Shown: positions 54,561 to 64,000 of the stretch, piece after piece
Position numbering within the stretch: the stretch's first letter is position 1
Layout of the letters: each line of letters begins with the position of its first letter
Origin: Sphagnum compactum
Taxonomy: Eukaryota
Length of the DNA: 64,000 nucleotides
NCBI GenBank assembly: GCA_965153455.1
Contig: OZ234493.1
Location: 32,912,213-32,976,212 of the forward strand
Direction: 5' to 3'
Program-made: the position numbers and the translations under genes
The notes under the pieces: model-generated
Database searches by the model: none
What the model was told of the DNA's origin: nothing
What the model saw: only the letters and a program-made list of their open reading frames with translations

Positions 54561-57500
54561 ATGAGCACAGTTTCGGTATGTTTACAAACTTGGAAGTCTT
54601 GTGTAGTTTCATTCCTATATCGAATTCGGGATCGGGAGGCCCCGGCGCATGGATTTTGAGTCCTGCTTTCGGATGTAGATGATTTGTATTGAGAGACGGA
54701 TTTGAGTAGTTTGAATTGTGCTAAGGCAAGCCTGCACTTCTGTTCTGGGATTTGGGGAATCTTGAGATTCGGATTTCGGGGCTCCGCGTTGTGTTTTTGG
54801 TGGTCTGTACTACTAGTTGGGGTTTGGATCTGGGCACTGATTTGCTCTTGGGTGCTGCGTTTCTGTCCAGGTTTAGGTTGCTGATTTCTTGGTGCAGGGC
54901 TGGAATTTTTTCTTAAACATTCTGTGAATCTGTTTGTGCAGAAGGAACCTCAACTTTTGGAACACGGATACGAGATTCAGAATCTCGTTGTGGTGGATGA
55001 GAACTACAGCGCCGCCGAGGAGGTCAATTCTGAACATGATGAAGTCGTCAATCAGCTCAAAAACAAATTCAAGGACTTCAAGACCGACAAGTTCTTGTAA
55101 GTAATTTAAGACTTTCATTTTCAGGTTCATGTGTGCCATTAATAACTAATGTGGAATTGCCATTTTTATGTTATACATATATGCCACAATAAACACCGCT
55201 TGCACATTGTAATGAATGAAACAACAAATGTTTATCTTGCACACGTGTCATGAGCCAGGTGACTTTTAAGTTTTTGTGTGACAAAAGCCACATTCTCTTG
55301 TAGTGATGAACAAGTTCTTGTAAGTAATTTAAGACTTCATTTCCAAGTTCATTGGTGATATATGTGCCATTAACACCTAATGTGAAATTGTCATTTTAAT
55401 GTAATATATATGTCACAATAAACATCGCATATTGTATATTGTAATGGATGAAACCTCACACAATATGTGTCATGAGGTGAGGCTTTTTGTGTGTGAAAAG
55501 AACCACATTCTCTTGTAGTGATGGTTTTGAGCTGGGTATGTCCAAGAAGCTAGTATCTCAAGTCTATTGCGGTGGGAACCAGCTATAAGCAGTTACCGCA
55601 CCTGACATGGTTCTCGATCCCCCTGGTTTGTTTGCAGGGCTGAGCCAGAGCTATTCAACAAGCTGGCCAAAAAACAGGAGCCAAAGGTAGGACAAGACTA
55701 GGATTATGATGTTGAGTCTTGTAGAAGCCCTAGAAACCGATGACCATCGACGATTCTTCTTTTTGTATTTGGTGTTCATAAACATTGGTCTTTTAAGATG
55801 CCTCCAGACTTGAAGATTCTAATGATATCAAAATGTTTTTGCAGGTGATGCTCATCGCATGCATCGATTCTCGCTGTAACCCCACAATGCTCCTTGGACT
55901 TGAACCCGGTCAAGCTTTCGTGGTGCGCAATGTGGCCGCTTTGGTGCACCCATTCCACGAACAGGTCCGCGTACACCAGCACAGCACTCATCACATATTC
56001 TCTAAGATATGATCTGGTTCGAAGCTAGATGACGAAGCTAGTAGAACTGTAATTGCGAGGTCAGACAGTTCAGGGTTTTTTTTTTTCCAATTTTATGAAG
56101 TAGGTGGTCCATAGGCGATCTCATCCTCAAGACGAATGTGCCAAATCTGGCTAGAGGTCAGACAGGAAAGTTTTTTAAAAACTTAGAACCCTGCTTTGTT
56201 TTGGTAAACCTCCAGGAACTCATTGTCTAAATTTGGTGACCTTTAGCGCAATTTTTTCCCAGAAAACCCTTTGTATCCGGAATGTTTTTCTCCCAAAAAA
56301 AACACCGCTTTAGTTCAATCTCACGTATTTGCTTCTAATCTCTTGAATTGACGCCTGCTTGTTTGCTACTCCTAATTTCTGAGCCCCATTGAGTCTTCTA
56401 GATCAACGTGTTGATCATAACTGATCAGTGTGGCCGTTGCAATGTCTCTAATATTTAGGTCTGCCTAATCTGGTTGTGAATGCAGCATTTGGAGCATGAA
56501 AATGGAATTGGAGCAGCCACTCAATTTGCTGTCAGTGTCATGAACGTGAGTCTCTGAGTTTGTGCGTGCATCCTTTCCAAGTTCAATTTGAGTGTAGACT
56601 GATCTAGAGTCAACCAGCTCGTGTCTCTATCTCGCCTTTTTCTTATCCATCTCTACATAATTTCCTTCAAGGACTGCTAGATCGTGCTGCAGTGTTGTGC
56701 AGCAGGTGGTAATTAAGCTAGTCGCGACTTGTCGACTAGTCTGGATCATTACTTATCGTCGAGCTGCAGTTTGAATCGGATCTGTTTCATGCTGGCAGCT
56801 GGATGCAGCATTTCATCTGCTTGCAGTAATTATTTTGATCTGATCACTGACCAGCAGCTGGATTCATTGCCTGCAGGTTGAGCACATTGTTGTGGTTGGA
56901 CATAGCAGTTGCGGCGGTATTAAGGCACTTATGTCTCGCGACGACTTCACAACGTACACCCTTCGTTCACGATCACTGTTATCTGTCACACTAGTCATGC
57001 ATTCTGTCTGCCTTTCAACTGCAAGCTCCACCGTTGTGACTGCCCGAATGAAATTGGTAAAATTGCTTGGCGTGGGGGAATATTTTTTGCTTCAAGAAGC
57101 TGCTAATTAATATTGGTGTACTGTGATTGTTGATTGTGATGACAGGGACTTGGTAGGAGGCTGGGTGAAAATTGCACTCCCAGCGAAGAACAAGGCGCAC
57201 CTGCATTCTCACCAGGCTCATCACCATGGAGAGTTAGCACACCACGAACAAATGAGCTTTGCCGAGAAGGTGCCATTCCTTTCCACTATCCATCAGAAGG
57301 CCTGATATATTAGTACTGGAATTAGGGTCAATCTATGCAGGACAATATATATGTGGTTCTGCAAGTGATTTTGTGTACCACTTGTGTACCACAAAATCTC
57401 CATTGCTATGACCCTTAGATCCTTCAAGCAACTGATCTTCCAGAAATTGACAGCTTTGAAAGACACCGTGATACAATGTATGCTGATGAAGAAATGGACT

Positions 57501-58003
57501 AGATAATGTTCCTTGAATAGAGATGGCAGAGCATGTCCAAGTTGAAAACTTCAGATGTTAGAAATTGTAGGTAAACGTTGAAATTGTATCCAAGACTTTG
57601 GCCAAAAATATCCTTGGGTTGTACTATTAGGAATGTCACACTTTCATTTTTCCTGCACTTGTCAAACATTTAAAGATATAAAAAAATGTATATATGTAAA
57701 GATTTTCATTAGAACATGCATAATTTATGTAATAAAAATTTGTTTCAAAACTTTTGACAAGAAGCCTAAAGAAAAATATAGGAAACACTTAAATAAAAAA
57801 AGTTTGTTAGAATAATTTGTAGACCTAACAGAAATTTGTTTCAAAACTATTGACAGGAAGCCGTCAATGTTTCACTGAAGAACTTGCTGACTTACCCATT
57901 CATTGAGGAACGTGTCAAGGATGGGAGGCTTCAGATCCATGGTATGCACTACGATCTCACCGAGGGCAAATTGACATGCTGGGACATTGTGCCCTGCAAG
58001 TAA
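54561..58003 (+). CDS. BCA: Beta-class carbonic anhydrase, 8 coding exons, 248 aa, probably cytosolic
   Basis: Exons, all GT-AG and phase-consistent: 54561-54575, 54942-55096, 55638-55686, 55845-55964, 56486-56545, 56877-56953, 57146-57269, 57857-58003 (747 nt). Zn-ligand motifs ACIDSR and GHSSCGGIKALM are present, plus QEPK, FVVRNVA and EAVNVSLKNLLTYPFI...IHGMHYD. The 15-nt first exon is the least certain. Confidence 0.94.
55087..55523. repeat. Tandem ~223-bp duplication covering the exon 2 donor and a CACTA-like end
   Basis: ACAAGTTCTTGTAAGTAATTTAAGACTT at 55087 and 55310. Both copies end CCACATTCTCTTGTAGTGATG, which contains the reverse complement of CACTACAAGAGAA. Confidence 0.9.
56071..56307. 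mobile_element. hAT-type MITE in beta-CA intron 4
   Basis: Ends are CAGGGTTTTTTT and AAAAAAAACACCG, and the interior resembles 51288-51593. The TSD is only partly conserved (AGTT). Confidence 0.6.
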
Positions 58004-59403
58004 GCAGCAATGTGCAATATTGCTCGTTAGTCACTAGTTAGTAACAAGTGCTGAAGTATAATTTCTAGCACTTTTTCAATAATATTGTGGCTCAAATTAT
58101 ATATAAACGTATCTCAGCGCACTAAGGTTAAGAAGTTCATATTCAGATAGTTGCGCAGTATAATCAATTGCATGTGGTCATGAGATTTCTCCTTTCGCAA
58201 CACCAGCTTATTGATGTGAAGATGAAATCCTCCTCAAGCAACATATATTCTTCTGTCTATGTATGAACTAAAAGATCAGGGCCAAGTGCAGTAGCAACTC
58301 CAGCCCCAGAGATTAAATTAATTTCCGTTTTTCTGCAATAAAGAACATGTCCAGATTCAAGCAACTTCTTGTACATATAACAATATCCTGGTGTCTTGAT
58401 CTGCATGTTGAAATTTGATCTAGTTGATTACAATCACTGATAAGCAGCTAGAGCTTTTTCTGATGTTCATATGCTTCTAATTGGATGGGTCTATACCTTG
58501 CTTGGTATTGAACTTCGTACTTATATGATGTCTGTATTGCTGACCAAAAATCATTAACCCAGCTACACTTGGTTGAATCCTTTGGGTTTCCAGTTTAAGA
58601 ACCTGAGGTGCTAATTATTATGCACCAAAATAGGTGCATTTTGCAACTATATTTTGTAAGTATGGGTGCCAATGATCTGCTGGTTATTGAGGTTCAACTT
58701 TGCAATCTTTCTCAGAGAGAGTGGAGGGTGCTGAATGATATGTGGTTCATCAAAAAGTATAGAGTTGGAGACGTAGAGTTGGAGATCTCATGATTGAACC
58801 CTATATCATGTCTCACGTCTCATCTTGATTTTTCTAACTCCTTTTTTGTATGGGAACCAACCATACCACCACATCCTTTCCTTGAGCCTATCAACTACCA
58901 CTTCTGTTGAGAAAAAAGAAAAAAGAAAAAGAAAAAACCTTTAAAAATCCACCCATTATCCTTTCCCTATGGATCCAGCCATCATTCTCTTCCCATTGAT
59001 CGAACCAGTGTCCTCTTCCAGAGACTGTGCAAGGCCAGAACTGAGGGCACAATGTGTTCTAGATGAGACAGATGCTAGTTATGTAGTATTTTTGAACAGT
59101 GGACCAACAGTTGGACCAAGCAAATTTTGAAGACCACTGATGAGGGGCCCCACTGAGACACTATATAATTAGATGTGACATATCAGGTTACCTGTTTAAC
59201 ACTTTTGAACATTGCACTCACTCTTGGACCAAGCGAATTTGAAGGGTTACAAAGTAGATGAACACTTTAGGACAAAGCAACATTGTGCCAGGATGACATA
59301 AATTGCTTTGTCCCACTAGAGTTTTTTCTTTCTTGTCTTTCATTGGGGGTGCAAAAAGTACTTTATTAAATATCTTGACTTCTTGCTTACTACACATCTT
59401 AAT

Positions 59404-59554
59404 CAGGGTCTCTTATTTTCAATCTTTTGATGTTGAAAATTTGGGGAAACTTTCCAAAAAATAGCAAAATTAGTTGAATTTATACTGAAGAAACTAAACC
59501 CTCCAAAATATTCCCACTATTTTGTTGAAAAAACTATTGGAAAAACAAACACTG
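59404..59554. mobile_element. hAT-type MITE, 151 bp
   Basis: CAGGGT...ACACTG ends with an 8-bp TSD, ATCTTAAT and ATCTCAAT (7/8). Confidence 0.7.
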
Positions 59555-59705
59555 ATCTCAATAGATTGAACTAAGGGATTAAACAGCTGCAACCCCTATA
59601 TCCACCCAAGGGAGAAGCTCAAACTAAAACTTCCATTTGAATGGATTTTAGAACTTATTTTATGCATGCATTTCTATTGGACACCTCTAAATGCTCATGC
59701 CGTCA

Positions 59706-60095
59706 TCTTATATATAATTACAAACATGGTGTCTGTGCGTCTGTCTGTCTTTGATGAATGAATTTTTTGGATGATGATGGTGAAGGTGGTAGTTATTCGT
59801 CCAAACCCTCTAACTGCTGCTGCTGCTCAGTGTTTCTGATTGGCCCATCATAATCACTGGTCCATGTGGGGCGGGGGGGCCAGCAGGGGTGGGGGGGTCA
59901 GCACCGGGGGGGGCACGGGCGGGGAAGGACCGGGCCACGGTCTCATGTCCCTGGGTAACAAAACCATGGCCTTTGTTGGGCAGGGGAGTGAAGGGAGGTG
60001 TTTTTTTTTCTTTTTTTTTTTTTCGTTTTTTTTGGGTGCTCCCTCCTTTTCTTGGGGGTGGCTGGAGTGGCGTAGCCACGGGTTACCTACACTCG
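59706..60095 (+). mobile_element. Non-autonomous Helitron, copy 1 (390 bp)
   Basis: Starts A|TCTTATATATAATT. The 3' end has a GTGGCGTAGCCAC hairpin, then CTCG|T (a CTRR variant). It sits in an A|T site with no TSD. Confidence 0.75.
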
Positions 60096-60400
60096 TATAA
60101 ATTACTATCACCTGAACATTGGTTCAAGATGGAGCCAATTTTATCCCCAAATCCTGCACTGATGTGTAGTCTCTTCTACAGCAATCCTGAGTATTTCATC
60201 AAGGGGACATTGATCACGTGGGTAGCAAAGTATTATATGCAGACTCCCTGTTATAATCTTAAATTCATACTAAAAAGCCAAAATATGCACTTCACGCAGA
60301 GGTATCAATACATGATATTAGAAATATATAGAATTCCTACATTACAACCCTAGAAAACTTGCTCCTTGGGGAACCTATCTCAGGCCAATGCAAACCTCCA

Positions 60401-60771
60401 TGAGTGTAGGTAACCCGTGGCTACGCCACTCCAGCCACCCCCAAGAAAAGGAGGGAGCACCCAAAAAAAACGAAAAAAAAAAAAAGAAAAAAAAACGCCT
60501 CCCTTCACTCCCCTGCCCAACAAAGGCTATGGTTTTGTTACCCAGGGACATGAGACCGTGGCCCGGTCCTTCCCCGCCCGTGCCCCCCCCCGTGCTGACC
60601 CCCCCCCCCCCCACATGGACCAGTGATTATGATGGGCCAATCAAAAACACTGGGCAGCAGCAGCAGTTAGAGGGTTTGGACAAATAACTACCACCTTCAC
60701 CACCATCATCCAAAAAATTCATTCATCAAAGACAGACAGACGCACAGACACCATGTTTGTAATTATATATA
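60401..60771 (-). mobile_element. Non-autonomous Helitron, copy 2 (inverted)
   Basis: Near-identical reverse complement of 59709-60095, with few substitutions and one ~19-bp indel in the G tract. Ends CTCA|T on the minus strand. Confidence 0.75.
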
Positions 60772-63700
60772 CAAGTAAAGAAGTGTAAAGAAGTAGCCTG
60801 AAGCTTGAAGGATTCCAAAATGGGATTTTACTAGAAATGGTATAACATGCTAGATTACCATGTTGTTGGCAGGGTCACAGAAAACCCTGGCAAGCAGCCT
60901 GAGTACGCATAATTTTTGCATTCTCAAGGCCAACTTACAAAAAAGGGAAGAAAACAGCACTCAACTAGACCTAGTCCAGACCTTGCCTGAACCAGCAGCA
61001 ATCCTAAACTGAAAACTCTAAACCTAATAAGGGATCTAGTGTGAAACTGCCCCAAAAAACATGGAGAGACATCGGGGCGCCACCTGTGCCTCATTAGGTA
61101 AGATCCATTACATTTCCTGCATTTTTGGGGCTGCCCAAAAAAACATGTATCTCCATTTTCTGTGACCTCGGTTGAAGGGGGGAAAAAAATCATCCAGGGA
61201 AATAGAAGGCTTTGGCCAATGGCAAGGGTTTATCCTTGGATTAGCCTCTCTACAGGTTTTGTGACATTTGGTGACCTGGTTCAAGGAATGTTTGTGAAAT
61301 TGGAAAAGAATATATAAAACAACTTTGGCAAATGAGAAAAAACTTGTGGCAAAAGTATGGTGGAGGAAGAAGACCAGAAGCCAAAAACAACTAGAGGAGA
61401 GGGATCGATGGTGTATGTAAATATGAAAGCAGGACCCCAATCACACCTCTCCCACTCCTGCAACAAAAAATAAAGAACACCAAATACACTCAGACACATT
61501 GCAAAGCAATATACATGACGACTAAAACACACATGAAGCCACCACAGTAGTTGTAGCAGCCCATGTGAGCCCAGGCAGACAATGCAAACACTTTGGGCCA
61601 CCTTGAAACCGCACCCACCAGCACACCATGCAGGATGGATGGTGTGTGGACAGGAAATAGTTTTTGGTTGTATTCCTGTCCCATAGCTAAACAAGAGTGG
61701 TCAGATCTGGACCAATTACCAACCATCCACATGCATCTACCTACCTGATAACCACCAAGTAAGCACCTACATACCTACCTACATAGTAACCACTTAGAAT
61801 TCTTACCTACTTATCTATGATGCTTACCCACTTACAAAGATAACTACTTTGTTCATGTGAAGGGGAAGTAGGCGCAGACCTTAGTGCAGTAGGGGTGGAC
61901 CCAGTTGGAGCAGGATTGAATCTAGTAAGGGTAAGTCAGGTTAACTCGTTACTACAGTCTCAGATTCCCAAAAGATTTTAACAGCTATAGAGGCAAAAAT
62001 AAGGTGTGGTTTAGGGTGCACGAACGTTTTAAGTGCCTCTACTTCATTAGGTGCGTTAACCTTAAATTACCTTTGGGATTAGCAGGCGACCTCAATGCAG
62101 GGATAGGCACTCTCGACAAGGTTTGTGTGAAATGTTTCATATGCATTGGGGTTGGAGGTAGGATCTGATATAAAGAGGAAGAGCTCCATGTATTTGGGCT
62201 GTCTTGACTATTGGGGGATTGGCAATTCTAGAGCTCAGGAAAGGATCTATGAATATGTATGAACTTTTGTTTTGATAAATGTGAAGAATTTGTTGCATGG
62301 AGGTCCTACATGTAAAATAGACAAAATGTGAGATTTGGCAGCAAATAGTCAATGAATTAATGTGTGCCAAAGGTGCAACGTAACTAGAATTCCAACACCT
62401 TAACTAAAATCAACACCTTTCATCAGTGCATTAATCTTAGCTCTTTGTATATGTCCCACAAGAAGCTATTATATTGTATGTTCCAGCCTTGGCCCAATTC
62501 TTTTATTATTAACAATTCATTCGATTCAATTCTTGGGATGGATGCATGATTGCTTGTACATTTTTTGCATGCACTTGGTGTCCACAAAGGGGACTAGTAA
62601 TAAGAAATGTGTTTTTTGGTTAATGGGTTTATTGATGAATGACTTGGATACCTTCATTTCAAATCGATTGATTTGGCTTTTAAAAGCATGTGGCATGGAC
62701 CTACAAGGAAAACTACATTGCTCCTACATGTAGATGCTTGTACTCAAATTGGAGCTTTCAAGCAAGTTCATATTGTATTTTTTGAAGATGTTAAATTGTT
62801 CATTGTATATTTTTTTTTTTCAATGAATTCAAGGTTAAATTTTTGCAAAATACTTCTTAAGATCATGATAAATAATGACTATTAACATCTGGGTGAATTT
62901 GGTGTGAGTGTCAAAACACACGAAAATTTTGAATAAATTACCCCATTATGCTTATGAATTAACAATATTCACAAACATGTAACGAATTTGAGGTTCACAA
63001 AAATTTAACAACATGATGCCCTCAAGGATAGTTGTGTGAATATCCCATCTCTAATTTACAATGTTAACTATTTATGTACTCATTTCAAAAAACCATTTTT
63101 TAAAGATATTATTTTTGATGAATTGTTTTAAATGAATATAATTCGAGTCTGGACAATTACCAATTATACATGCTTGGATATAGAAGGAAATATAAGGTGA
63201 TGACAATATTTGACAAAACATCAAAGTTTGATAATACTAACATTATGTGATGTGTTAAGGTGTTCCCTATGACATTTGTCGACATAAACACACTACAATC
63301 AAACTACAATATGATCATCAAGGTTTTTTTCAAAATTTTCAAGATATTTATGAATATCCCCGACATTAATTAGGATTGAATGTCAATTGTCATAGGTGGG
63401 TTGTAGCATTTTTACAACAATGCTACTACAAGTGGTGACCTAAGAATTGATTAGGTTTAAATTTGATTATTTTTATTATTTTTATTCCAAATAGTGATAA
63501 AAATCCCTTAAAATCACAATTTTTTTTATTTTTTCCTCATCTTCTAAAAACAAATTCACCAAATTGCAAAAAAATTCCAAAAACAAAAACACTCGTGATT
63601 ATATCCAAATTTAAAACAAAATTAATATTGAAATTTTATTATCATATGGATTGTGATTGTACCATTCAAATTGCATTTGGTTTTTATATCTAGTCATAAA

Positions 63701-64000
63701 ATTATGGGTGCAATCACAGTAAAATGAGCCAGCATTACACCAAAACTTGACATTTATGACTAGTGACCATTTCTAGTCATACAGTTATATCCACCATGTT
63801 TTTGTGTGTAGTCGTATTCTTGTAACCATGGATATGACTACATGACTAAAAATCTTCTTCATGAACACCATATAATTATTTAATAATATACAATTTGAAA
63901 CGTTAAAAACTTATGAATTAAAAGGGAAAAGAACTAAAAAGTAGACATACATACCTAGTAAGCATATTATAAACTTGTAAATGATCAAACACATAATTAG

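Noticed and set aside
59810..60687. Pro/Gly/Lys-rich ORFs on both strands
   Set aside because: They arise from homopolymer tracts in the Helitron copies.
61858..62139. Possible solo LTR (TGAA...TTCA, ~280 bp)
   Set aside because: Flanks CATG/TATG match only 3/4, and there is no partner LTR, PBS or PPT.

Overview
AT-rich eukaryotic land-plant DNA, probably a moss such as Sphagnum (inferred from gene and repeat content, not proven). Two intact spliced genes can be rebuilt by hand. One is a 6-exon ABI3/VP1-type B3 transcription factor on the minus strand (8587..4888, about 754 aa) with an altered B2 basic motif. The other is an 8-exon beta-carbonic anhydrase on the plus strand (54561..58003, 248 aa) with His-rich loops. 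Most of the ~45 kb between them is decayed, nested transposable elements: a CRE-like RT/RLE retrotransposon, a 6.3-kb segment bounded by near-perfect 35-bp inverted repeats that carries a RING-finger pseudogene, a Sola2-like DDD transposase pseudogene whose intron holds a tandem array and a CACTA, a second CACTA, and a hAT transposase pseudogene. There are also several MITEs, three non-autonomous Helitrons (two forming a young tail-to-tail inverted repeat) and minisatellites. No CRISPR, rRNA or tRNA gene was found. All calls come from reading the sequence by eye; no searches were run.
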